A stretch of 63,531 nt of DNA, filler included, from Octopus bimaculoides (taxonomy: Eukaryota): NCBI RefSeq assembly GCF_001194135.2. It is 6 parts of 6 records of this genome, joined end to end, with 100 filler letters (N's around TTAATTAATTAA, not from the genome) between each part and the next. Parts side by side here need not be neighbours in the genome. Positions count along the whole stretch, not along the records: positions 40,972 to 55,201 come from NC_069007.1; positions 55,302 to 61,921 come from NC_068988.1; positions 62,022 to 63,531 come from NW_026318229.1; 3 more parts are not named here. One strand, 5' to 3'. Each line of letters starts with the position of its first letter. The first letter of the stretch is position 1. Under the pieces are notes generated by a model. It was not told the origin of the DNA and made no database searches. It saw only the letters and a list, made by a program, of their open reading frames with translations. The position numbers were made by a program, and so were the translations under genes. This document shows positions 52,059 through 63,531 of this stretch, piece by piece.

Positions 52059-52869
52059 GGTTATATTATCCCCACATAGTGTCTGAGAAGAAAAAAGATT
52101 GAATGGCAAGAGTGGAGTGCCTTTTATTATTAGTCAGCTCAATCAAGTCTGACCTGGGAAAAACCACAAAATATGTGTCAGCAAGGAAGTCTCTGTAATC
52201 GTTCTGTATATCAGAAAAAGTAGCTGAATTTCTTTTAAATTATACATCTGTCCTTGTTTATCACAGAGGTTTGGTTCCAAAACAAAAGGTAGTGATAAAT
52301 GAATCATCTCCATGCATTTTGTGATTGGCATGAATGGGGAAGCCATTGACACCAAATTCACTGCTCACGGGGGCAAAGATTCCACCATCACATATTTTCT
52401 TGATCATCTCTCAAATATGGGGGTGCCTTCATATTTGAATGAATGGTAGATTCATTGACACTAAGTTCGTGGCCCCTCAGCAGTGAAGCTTCCACTCACA
52501 TTTTCTTAATCATCACCTTTTCCTGTAGAGAATCCACTCATCTGTTAGGGTGAGAAGCCTTCATATTTTTTCTGTGCACTGGTCCCTTGTCAATGGGTAA
52601 CAAATATGTAAATCTGTACAAACTCAATGTTGTTGTTGGCACTCCATCGCTTACGACATTGAGGGTTCCATTCTCCCTCCCTCGGTTTGTTGATTTGCAA
52701 GGTACTTAGTGACTGACATGGGAAAGGCACCCAGTATGCACTGTAAAGTGGTTGACATTAGGAAAGGCATCCAGTTGTTGAAACCATGCCAAAGCAGACA
52801 CCAAATGGAGTACCATACAGTCCTTGACTCATTGAATCCTTTGTCAAACTGTTTAACCCATCATTTATA

Positions 52870-52906
<37 letters not shown>

Positions 52907-53649
52907 TATCATCATCATCATTTAATATCCACCTTCCTTGCAGGCATGGGTGGGAGAGTTTGACAGGAGGCAGAAGACTACCCCAGGCTACTGTGTCTGT
53001 TTTGGTCTTAACACCAACCACTCCACAGAGTGGACTGAGTGCTTTTTACGTGGCACCAGCACAGGGCAAGGTCAGTTTTGGCATGGCTTTTACAGCTGGA
53101 TGCCTTTCCAAATGCCAACCACTTCACAGTGTTGACTGGATGCTTTCTATGTGGCACCAGCACTAACAGAGTCACCAAGTCGCTTGCAAGACAAGGAATT
53201 TTGAGAAGGAAGGGGGCATTGGATCTTATGTCAGATGAAAGGTTAGAATGAGACAGAGAGGCAGAAACAGGTGTGCTGCTGTAGAGGAGGAGATACATGG
53301 CCACCCAGCCAGAGGGAAGGGCAAGAGAAGGGGAGAGAGAGAGAGAGAGAGTGGGAAACAGCAAAAGTGCAAGAGAGAGCAGGAGAGAGATGGTGATGAA
53401 GTGCCAGAGGATATTCACAAGGAGATAGATAGAGGTGTGTACATGTGTTTCTTTGTCCTCCCCCATCACTTGACAACCAGTGCTGGTTTGTTTACATCCC
53501 CATAACTGATAGAATAACTACCAGACATTAAAAAATAATAAATTCTGTCCACCCATGCAAGAATGGAACAGTGTTAAAATGATAATCATGTAATCATATG
53601 GAACGAGGATAGTTGCATAAAGAAGTGCTGATGGATGGATGGATGGCAA

Positions 53650-53770
53650 ATTTACAGCAAACAAAAGACGAAGACAGGTGTAGGAACAACAAGCAGGTGT
53701 ATTAGTTTAACGCTCAGGAAGAATGGAAAAGTCTTTTACGTTTCCAGCCTACGCTCTTTGACAGGAAGGA
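53650..53770 (-). mobile_element. Second copy of the repeat carrying the minimal hammerhead-like motif (more degenerate)
   Basis: Reverse complement ctgtcaaagagcgtaggctggaaacgtaaaagac...actaatacac..ttgttg..cctgtc.tcgtc aligns with 30370-30500. Confidence 0.7.
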
Positions 53771-53918
53771 TTAAGAGGAGAGAAAAAGAAACAGGCGTAT
53801 AAACTATCCAAAATGGTCATGACTTCTGGTACTTGACTGATGAAAGAAAGCCAAGGATGACTCGTCTTTTTCTGCCTGTCCTTCTAATTGTTGTTTCTCT
53901 TGTCCGCCTTTGTGTTGT

Positions 53919-54053
53919 CTAGATAGATAGATAGATGAGAGAGAGAGATAGATAGATGAGAGAGAGAGATAGATAGATGAGAGAGAGAGATAGATAGATG
54001 AGAGAGATAGGTAGATAGATGAGAGAGATAGGTAGATAGATGAGAGAGATAGG

Positions 54054-54088
<35 letters not shown>

Positions 54089-54455
54089 GTAGGTAGGTAG
54101 GTAGGTAGATAGATAGATAGATAGANNNNNNNNNNNNNNNNNNNNNNNNNNNNNNNNNNNNNNNNNNNNNNNNNNNNNNNNNNNNNNNNNNNNNNNNNNN
54201 NNNNNNNNNNNNNNNNNNNNNNNNNNNNNNNNNNNNNNNNNNNNNNNNNNNNNNNNNNNNNNNNNNNNNNNNNNNNNNNNNNNNNNNNNNNNNNNNNNNN
54301 NNNNNNNNNNNNNNNNNNNNNNNNNNNNNNNNNNNNNNNNNNNNNNNNNNNNNNNNNNNNNNNNNNNNNNNNNNNNNNNNNNNNNNNNNNNNNNNNNNNN
54401 NNNNNNNNNNNNNNNNNNNNNNNNNNNNAGATAGATAGGTAGGTAGGTAGGTAGG

Positions 54456-54497
<42 letters not shown>

Positions 54498-54562
54498 TGA
54501 GAGAGATAGGTAGATAGATAGAGAGATAGAGAGATAGATAGGTAGGTAGGTAGGTAGGTAGG

Positions 54563-54595
<33 letters not shown>

Positions 54596-54600
54596 TGATA
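53919..54600. repeat. (GATA/GGTA/GA)n repeat with internal gap
   Basis: Direct reading. Confidence 0.93.
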
Positions 54601-55943
54601 AATAGATATAAAATGGTCATTTAGATATGTGTGTGTTGTTTGTACATGACTTGGTAGCTTGTAGCAGGCTTTTGTGAATCATTTTACATTCCTGTATAGT
54701 TATGAGCACACATCATAAGGAAAATGTGTATGAGCAGAGAGAGGAATGGGGGGGAGTAGTGGTTAGAGATATAAAGAGAGACCAGGAAATATATATGAAT
54801 GCAAACAAATGTTGACAGGAAAGTAGAAATGAGAGAAGAGGGAGGAGGGAACCAGGAAATAGAAAGAGATATGACAATATATATGTTATTATTAAATGGA
54901 GAGGGAGACGACGCAAAATACACTTATATACAGATATGTCTTTCTCAATATTTTCTTTTAGTCAAGAATGGGACGTTTTCTGAGTTTTTCTAGCAGAGAG
55001 GTCCAGACATTTTCTAGAGAATTTGATTAGAATTGTGAAGGTGTGGCTGCATGCTTTCATACCAAATGATCTTGAGTTCAGTCACACTATGCAAAACCTT
55101 GGGCAAGTGGTGCATGTCTTCTACTATAGCCCTTGGCCAACCAAGGCCTTGTGAATGGATTTGATGGATGGAAACTGAAAGAAGCCCATCATGTGTATAT
55201 ANNNNNNNNNNNNNNNNNNNNNNNNNNNNNNNNNNNNNNNNNNNNTTAATTAATTAANNNNNNNNNNNNNNNNNNNNNNNNNNNNNNNNNNNNNNNNNNN
55301 NATATACGACAGGCTTCTTTCAGTTTCCGTCTACCAAATACACTCACTAGGATATGGTCGGCCCGAGGCTATAGTAGAAGACACTTGCCCAAGGTGCAAC
55401 GCAGTGGGACTGAACCCGGAATCATGTGCTTGGTAAGCAAGTTACTTATCACACAGCCACATGTAGATTCTTTTATTCTTTTATATTTTGATTTACCTGT
55501 GTTTGAGCTGATAACTTCTTATCTATTTATTTGTAGTTTTTTTTTTATGTCATCCTTTTGTAACATATAAATTGATTAATAATTACATCCATTTATTCTC
55601 CATTATCTTCTTCTTTTCCCCCACAATATTGATAATTTCAATAATCCTGAAATTTCGCATAATATGATACGGATAAAACCAGTGAAAGAATTTTGATGAT
55701 ATAATCGCTAATAACAACATGACTTCATTGAACGAACTATACACACACACACACACGCACACACACACACACAAACACACATATATATATATATATATAT
55801 ACATACGAATATACACATGATTGTGTGTGTGGTGTGTTGGTTGTATGTGTTTTTGTGCGTGCGTGCGTGAGTGCGTGTGTATGTGTTTGTGCGTGTGTGT
55901 GTGTGTGTGTGTGCACGCGTGTTCGTGTGCTTGTATTTGTATA

Positions 55944-56151
55944 TGCGAGGGGGTGATAAAAATATCCCCGCTTTATGTGTATCGCGGAAGGCACAAAATT
56001 CCGAGTTCTTTCACGGGTCTTAGAGACACTGAAGCACCGCTGCAATAGGTGTGTTTGTCGCAGAGTGAGGGAGCTACGTTGATGGAAATCGTTACCGATT
56101 CTATTGTGTTTTCTTTTATCTATGCCAAGAACATTTCCGAACACACTCTTA
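55944..56151 (+). mobile_element. Mariner-derived MITE
   Basis: Degenerate TIRs tgcgagggggtgataaaaat / acatttccgaacacactctta; internal transposase C-terminal remnant (LETLKHRCNRCV). Confidence 0.65.
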
Positions 56152-56634
56152 TATGTATGCATGTATGTGTGTGTGTGTGTGTGTGTGTGTATTAGCTGTA
56201 TATATTTATGTATGTGTAAACTATTCCATACAAGAACGGTATACACACACAAAATTACACATACACACGTACATATATATATATATATGTACACATGTTT
56301 ATATATATATATATATATATANNNNNNNNNNNNNNNNNNNNNNNNNNNNNNNNNNNNNNNNNNNNNNNNNNNNNNNNNNNNNNNNNNNNNNNNNNNNNNN
56401 NNNNNNNNNNNNNNNNNNNNNNNNNNNNNNNNNNNNNNNNNNNNNNNNNNNNNNNNNNNNNNNNNNNNNNNNNNNNNNNNNNNNNNNNNNNNNNNNNNNN
56501 NNNNNNNNNNNNNNNNNNNNNNNNNNNNNNNNTATATATATATATATATACATATATACATATATACATATATACATATGTATGTATACATGTATATATG
56601 TATACTTATAAATATATAAATATATATATATATG

Positions 56635-56681
<47 letters not shown>

Positions 56682-56727
56682 AAATAATAATAATGATAAT
56701 AATAATAATACTAATAATAATAAGGAC

Positions 56728-56760
<33 letters not shown>

Positions 56761-56861
56761 AATACGAAGGAGACAGGCCCAACTCATGGGTGGTAAGATT
56801 AGTAAGAGCCCTGCAGTTTTGATTGACAGACTTACTACGAATGATGGCTCGATACCCATAC

Positions 56862-57090
56862 CGGAAGGCGAGCTGGCAGAATCGATAACGCGTCGCGAGA
56901 AATGCTTTACGTTATTTCGTCTGCCGTTACGTTCTGAGTTCCAATTCCGCCGAGGTCGACTTTGTCTTTCATCCTTTCGGAGTCGATTAAATAATTACCA
57001 GTGACGCACTGGGGTCGATGTAATGGACTTAATCCCTTTGTCTGTCCTTGTTTGTCCCCTCTATGATTAGCCTTTTGTGGACAGTAAAGA
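56862..57090 (+). mobile_element. SINE family C, full-length
   Basis: Consensus match including gaggtcgactttgtctttcatcctttcggagtcgat. Confidence 0.88.
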
Positions 57091-57605
57091 ATGAGATACA
57101 AATACCAGTTGATGGTTAAATATTAAATCACAAAACTCAATGCTGGGTAAATATGTCATATACTACTGTATCAAATAACGGTGTTAATAAGACTGTAACC
57201 AAATGAGAACACCTTTTGCCCGACAGGTGCATTGTCGTTGAGCAGCGCACGCCCTGTCGTCATACGGAAGCTACTTGAACACAAAGCCAGGCGATGATAA
57301 GAATCAGGAAAGTAATATGTAACAGAAAAGAATGGATAACCTGGTACTGTAGGGTGGAAGTAACAAGTCTGCAACGCATGCAAGACTCTAGGAGGTCCCA
57401 CAAAACCTGTGATGAAGAGATATAATGGCAATTAAAACAAAAATTCTAGGTTGGATTTTATCAATACATCGCACGCGCCTTTCCACATAACTTTAACATC
57501 AGAGACATTATTATTGGGATGAGTACAGTATAGTTCGTATAATCCATGATCATCCGCTTGATCAATATCCATAATCTATTTCATCAGGTGATACTACAGA
57601 AATAG

Positions 57606-57966
57606 TGGAGGCGCAATGGCCCAGTGGTTAGAGCATCGCGGTTTCGATTCCCAGATCGGGCGTTGTAAGTGTTTATTGAGTGAAAACACCTAAAGCTCCA
57701 TAAGGCTCCGGCAGGGGATGGTGGCGAACCCTGCTGTACTCTTTCACCACAACTTTCTCTCACTCTTACTTCCTGTTTCTGTTGTGCCTATATTTCAAAG
57801 GGCCAGCCTTGTCACACTGTATCACGCTGAATATCCCCGAGAACTACGTTAAGGGTACACGTGTCTGTGGAGTGCTCAGCCACTTACACGTTAAATTCAC
57901 GAGCAGGCTGTTCCGTTGATCGGATCAATTGGAACCCTCGTCGTCGTAAGCGACGGAGTGCCAACA
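57606..57966 (+). mobile_element. SINE family B with 13-bp TSD, inserted at the left terminus of a MITE
   Basis: TSD ACTACAGAAATAG at 57593-57605 and 57967-57979. Confidence 0.92.
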
Positions 57967-57970
57967 ACTA

Positions 57971-58404
57971 CAGAAATAGAGGTCAATACTTCTCTTATAT
58001 TCTTATTCTATCTAAAGGCTACAGTAGGCGACTGAGGAAATATCTGTTTTAAACGTGGGTATGTTTTCGCTACATGCTGGTGACTTTCCTGCAACACTTT
58101 TGAAATGCCAGCAAAATTTCAGTGCCAGTTAATCACGATTAAATGAAATAGCAAATGAAATAGTTAAGATTAGCAAAGATAGTCAAGCCTCCACTCATAA
58201 TTTTAGCAAACACAATACAATAGATGACAGAATTTCATCTGATAAATTGGCACAGAAAATTCACTGGCATTTCAAAAATGTTGCATGAAAGTTACCAGCA
58301 TGTGGCGAAAAAATATCCTCGTTTAAAACAGATATTTCCTCAGCCGCCTATCGTAGCCGTTAGACGGAATGAGAATATGAGATAGTTATTGACCTCTATT
58401 TCTG
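57971..58404. mobile_element. Foldback MITE, about 434 bp with about 164-bp TIRs
   Basis: 57971-58134 is an imperfect reverse complement of 58241-58404; termini CAGAAATAGAGGTCAAT...ATTGACCTCTATTTCTG. Confidence 0.85.
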
Positions 58405-59186
58405 ATTCCAAGAAAACGAACATTGGACTATCTGCACGCTGTGCCTTGGAAAACAGTTCCAAGAGAAGTAAGCCCTGTTCATTGTGCAACAACATGAGTC
58501 AAGTGAATTCCATGAAGAATCATAACAGAAATGTTAGGATTTATATGGAAGGTGGGACATGTAGTGATTCCCATTTGGTGTACGAGGCATAATGCACGAA
58601 ACACAACTTGATTTATGTTGGTTGTTCAACAGAACAATTAAACAAAATGTTTAATAGGGCACAGATTCGAACAGTAGTTCGACATAACTTGCTGAACATT
58701 TCGTTTCAAGCGGCTGCAATTTTGAAAAAGATCTGAAAGTGCATATTCTCAGAAAATATTCTGAATCTGCTTCACTTTCCCTTCTCAGAATGCATGAGGA
58801 GAAATATGTTTCCGGATTATCAAAAGTGTTTGATTAAATATTCTTCTTGTTCTCTTTTATCTTTTGCTCTTTTTTCTGTTTTTTTTTTCTGTCTTTGTTT
58901 TCTGTCTTCTTTGTTTTCGGTCTTTTTTTTTGTTTTCATTTTTGTCTTTTTGTCTTTCTTTTTTGGTTCACCTGTTATAAAATTGAAACTCTTATAAAAC
59001 ATTGTAACTTAAAAACTGATGATGTCATTCCATCAACGTGTGGACGCTGGTTGCTCTCGTTCATACTTTACATTTAAATTTCTATAATTTTCAATTTTTA
59101 TACTTCTTATTTTCAACTTGACAAATACATTTACTCAACCAATAAAATATCTATAACGATCGAATCGCGCTCTTCGTCTTGACTAT

Positions 59187-59235
59187 TCTTCTTCTTCTTC
59201 TTCTTCTTCTTCTTCTTCTTCTTCTTCTTCTTCTT

Positions 59236-59334
<99 letters not shown>

Positions 59335-59335
59335 G
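59187..59335. repeat. Compound (TTC)n(TTA)n microsatellite
   Basis: Direct reading. Confidence 0.97.
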
Positions 59336-59580
59336 TTCAGCAGTCTTATTTATAATCACGTACTTTCACTGCGCAGCTCCGTGTGCCTTACGTATGTGTT
59401 ATGGTTTATTGTGTTGATGTCATTTTCTCTGTATTGCAAATGTTTCTACATAAGATTATTATTGTTGTTACTGTTCTTGTTTTTAAGTAGAAGAATGACA
59501 AGGCAGAGGTGCAGGAGAGGGGAGTAGGAGGAGGAAAAGGAAGAGGCGGTTGAACCGAAGACGGACAGAAAGAAAGAAAG

Positions 59581-59622
<42 letters not shown>

Positions 59623-60351
59623 GGGGAAAAAGAAGGGAAAAGAAAGGAAAACTTTTAGGAAATGCAGAAACATCAAAAAAGCATTATTAAATAAAAAATG
59701 ACGTTTTCTATGAAGAAGCTGGAGGAGGAGGAGGTGGTGGAGNNNNNNNNNNNNNNNNNNNNNNNNNNNNNNNNNNNNNNNNNNNNNNNNNNNNNNNNNN
59801 NNNNNNNNNNNNNNNNNNNNNNNNNNNNNNNNNNNNNNNNNNNNNNNNNNNNNNNNNNNNNNNNNNNNNNNNNNNNNNNNNNNNNNNNNNNNNNNNNNNN
59901 NNNNNNNNNNNNNNNNNNNNNNNNNNNNNNNNNNNNNNNNNNNNNNNNNNNNNNNNNNNNNNNNNNNNNNNNNNNNNNNNNNNNNNNNNNNNNNNNNNNN
60001 NNNNNNNNNNNNNNNNNNNNNNNNNNNNNNNNNNNNNNNNNNNNNNNNNNNNNNNNNNNNNNNNNNNNNNNNNNNNNNNNNNNNNNNNNNNNNNNNNNNN
60101 NNNNNNNNNNNNNNNNNNNNNNNNNNNNNNNNNNNNNNNNNNNNNNNNNNNNNNNNNNNNNNNNNNNNNNNNNNNNNNNNNNNNNNNNNNNTTTGGGAAT
60201 CAAAAGATGCAAGACGGATATCGGAAGATAAGATATCGCATAAATTTAAAACACCAATGAAATTGGGATAACATATTCGACATCTTTTATGATGTAATAT
60301 GTAAAATAGAATTGAAGAAAAACTGTGATTATATATTATTATATAACTTAC

Positions 60352-61350
60352 CGATGTATTTAAACGAACTCCGATCCACATCATTGTGATCAAAAGCATC
60401 ACGTCCAACAAAGTCATAAATATAAAGGAAGTGTGTCCAGAAAATATATTTTGAAATGAAGAATTTAAAATAATATAAGTAGCAACACAACATCCAGTAA
60501 TACTACTGAGTATGATATATCCCGAAGTCAGCTGAAATGATTCATTCACTAAATTCAGTATTTTACTCAGAGTATCATGTGAGGTACATATTTCTGTAAT
60601 CTCTTCATATTTCTTAAAGAAATACGAAGTATTAGATTGCTTTTCTTTTACGTATCTCTCAGCCTCGCTCGCTACTTTATTAAACTCATAGAGGAGTGCA
60701 GTCCCAGTTGCTGTACTGATATACCAATCAAATAGTATGTATATATGTGATATAAAATCAAATACAATGGAAGTTAATGAAATAATTAAGTCAAGAGGTT
60801 TGCTGGTTTCTAAATTAATTGTTGAGGAATTCCAAACAGAGTTCATGAAAAACGGGAGAACGTAGATCATAATAGTGAGTAAAATAGGCGGCAACAATAT
60901 CACTATAGAAAGTGATATAAAAGAAAATATTAAGTTATTGTTATAGAATTTTTCATCGTCTTTCTCAATTGTAAGTTCGCTGAATGCTTCGAGTATTTCC
61001 TTTTCTTTAGATTTTCGGAAGAATTTGATCAGACAATAGAGTGAAAACAAACACTGAAGAAATAGTACATAAGTATAAAGAATCATTCTACCAGTTTCGC
61101 TATGAATCTCTTCTCTTAGATCGTAAGCATATATAATGGGACTTGTAATCAGATATACCAAATACAGGATATAAAAAGCAGAGATACAGATAGTTTTATA
61201 TTTGAGAGACTTCAGTGATATCTTAGTAATATTAATTTTTCCATAAAATTGTAATATTTTATAGAATCGTGTTTCTTTTAGTTCCATACTTTTTCTAATA
61301 AAATATTTCTCACAAGTTACTTCTATATAAAGAGTTAAACTCTTTGACAT
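60352..61350 (-). CDS. Exon 1 (333 codons, TM1-TM6) of a probable gustatory-receptor-like 7TM ion-channel protein
   Basis: Uninterrupted ORF with an upstream in-frame stop (alternative start Met22 at 61287); six hydrophobic helices; long polar loop between TM4 and TM5 ending HDTLSKILNLVNESF (H..L......N..F); phase-0 donor TCG|gtaagt right after TM6. TM7 exon(s) not found. Confidence 0.72.
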
Positions 61351-61877
61351 AAAACACAGAGGCCTTAGTTTTGTTTAAGATCTCCAGTTCTTCAGTTTTG
61401 CTTCTATGTTAAGTCGAGAGTGTTGCAAAGTTCCGTGTGTTCCGAAAGAAGATATGGGAAAGAAGATATGGGATAAAGCTGTTACATAATGTCTCACGCT
61501 TTATTTGTATGGAGGGATTATTTCAAATCTGTTGGTATGGATTTAAGATATATATTAAATTGAATATTGCTCGCTAAGCTTCTTAAAACAGGTGATTTTT
61601 ATCAGATCAACACTTTTAAAGCGTATAGGAAAACGAATATCAATAGTATGTGTGTGTGTGCGTGTGTGCGTGTGTGTGTGTTTGTGTGTGCTTGTGCATT
61701 TATGCGTGATATTATTCTGCTTCTTGTTTGATTTTCGCAAGTACATTAATTACAATATCGATATTATTTTCTTCGCCATTAGTTTGTATTTTAAGAAGCG
61801 TTGGTTCCAAATGGATGTGCATTTACTATTTCTTTCATCTGCCACATTTAAGAAGATTTATCTTACATATGATGTTT

Positions 61878-61921
<44 letters not shown>

Positions 61922-62639
61922 NNNNNNNNNNNNNNNNNNNNNNNNNNNNNNNNNNNNNNNNNNNNTTAATTAATTAANNNNNNNNNNNNNNNNNNNNNNN
62001 NNNNNNNNNNNNNNNNNNNNNATTCTCTTAGATTTTCCAGTCAATGCCATTTTATCAGTATGTGATCTATTGTTTTAAAAATATTGTACTGCTTCACTGT
62101 GACAATATTGTGATGCCATACTTTCTTAGTACNNNNNNNNNNTTGTACTGCTTCACTGTGACAATATTGTGATGCCATACTTTCTTAGTACTGTTGATTC
62201 AAACTAATAATATATATATAGACTAAAGAAAATTACACTGAGATGCAATAACAGCCAAGTGAGTGACATCATAGTCAAGATACGGAGGAGGGGATTCAAT
62301 TAATCAAGATATTTTTATGTTTTTTGCTTGCTGAGTTTGATACAAAGTGCAGTACCCAGAACCTTTGAGGGCTTTTTGAGACTATTGAGCTTTTAACATT
62401 CTATTTAAACTGCTGCAGATCAACACCTACAGAAAAGACATAAGCAAAGAGAAGATTCTAAAAGATCAATGTTCTGAGCAAGAAGGACAGGGAAATTGGT
62501 TAGGTGTTAGACTGAAGGGGTTCAGAGTAACAATAGTGATGAAAAGTAGAGAAACAAGTGGGTTGGAGGTNNNNNNNNNNNNNNNNNNNNNNNNNNNNNN
62601 NNTCTGGGGGAAAAAAAAACATTTTAGTATTCTTTTTCA

Positions 62640-62860
62640 TTATCTTAGTCATTTAACTTCCTGTGGAGCGTAGGATGCCAACAAGAGGAATCTTTATCCC
62701 TAGGTGTGGCAGCCTGCCAGTGCTTCAATTTCTGTGGATCTTCTCCATGTTGATTTTGGTCAGCCATGTTTGTGTCTCCCTTAGTGTGCACATTGGAGGG
62801 CTTGCTTTTATAATATTGGAAACAGGTTTCCATAGGATGTATCACAGCCAACCCCATTTC
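62640..62860 (-). mobile_element. RTE LINE 3' end, degraded
   Basis: KRKWGWL.HILWKPVSNI resembles RRKWGWIGHTLRKP..NI; ends GILRSTGS-stop near a short tail. Confidence 0.65.
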
Positions 62861-63531
62861 CTTTTCTTTTAGTATAGCATGCTATATCACATATTCATTT
62901 AAGATTAATATTTATTTTGGGTCTCACAAAAGTAATGACAAGTGACTGAGACCTTGGCGATATGCTGTGCTTGAGAAGATTCGTCAAGCCAAGTGAAATC
63001 ATAGTTGTGGCCGTTACCAGTGTCATTGTAGTCAAGGCTANNNNNNNNNNNNNNNNNNNNNNNNNNNNNNNNNNNNNNNNNNNNNNNNNNNNNNNNNNNN
63101 NNNNNNNNNNNNNNNNNNNNNNNNNNNNNNNNNNNNNNNNNNNNNNNNNNNNNNNNNNNNNNNNNNNNNNNNNNNNNNNNNNNNNNNNNNNNNNNNNTCT
63201 AACCTATGCCAGCATTGAAAGCAGATGTTAAACGATGATGATGATGATTTAATATTGATAAAATAATAAATATGAAATAAATTGAAGGTGTTTACCCAAA
63301 AATATGCTGTTGTTCCAGCTATAACCATCTCACCTTTATGCATATTCATGACTACATTATGTAATGTGTGGTTGTATTTTTTAAGATGGTTGTGTGTGAT
63401 TTGAAGAAATTTAGCTGTTATTTTGAGCAGTATGAGCAACCACATAGAGTACACTCATTAGCTTGGAGACAAGTACAAATATAACCATAATATGTTGTTG
63501 TTGGCACTCCGTCGCTTATGACGTCGAGGGT

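Noticed and set aside
52269-52292. VWFQNKR, a perfect homeodomain helix-3 peptide after a pyrimidine-rich AG
   Set aside because: Immediately followed by TAG; it would need a roughly 22-nt micro-exon with unusual intron phases, and no other homeobox sequence was found. Treated as probable chance unless RNA-seq shows junctions.
59446-61350. 634-aa ORF in the track
   Set aside because: It reads through a GTAAGT donor at 60351, an N gap and simple repeats; only 60352-61350 is credible coding sequence.
28316-61977. Five regularly structured TTAATTAATTAA motifs inside gaps
   Set aside because: Identical 44N-12-44N layout with six-frame stops indicates a scaffolding linker, not biology.
62084-62191. 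49-bp direct repeat
   Set aside because: Identical copies separated only by 10 N; typical unmerged contig overlap.

Overview
Eukaryotic, AT-rich, gap-ridden draft scaffold, most likely Octopus (inferred from the tRNA-derived SINE families and extreme microsatellite density; not provable from sequence alone). It is mostly decayed mobile DNA: a Chapaev3-like transposase, several mariner relics and MITEs, R4/Dong and RTE LINE fragments, two Penelope-like elements and more than 25 SINE copies from about four families. Host-gene evidence is limited to four items: a 333-codon, six-TM exon (60352-61350, minus) that looks like exon 1 of a gustatory-receptor-like (GRL/7TM ion channel) gene, a signal-peptide first exon (49460-49640, plus), and two orphan internal-exon candidates. 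The main findings are (1) the GRL-like gene; (2) three type I hammerhead ribozymes with intact cores, GUC/GUU/GUA cleavage triplets and a covarying long stem II in the Penelope terminal repeats, two of them forming a large palindrome; and (3) an RTE LINE family whose ORF ends in three tandem C2H2 zinc fingers. All family assignments come from remembered motifs, not database searches. Five 100-bp gaps containing TTAATTAATTAA appear to be artificial joins, so long-range contiguity is uncertain.
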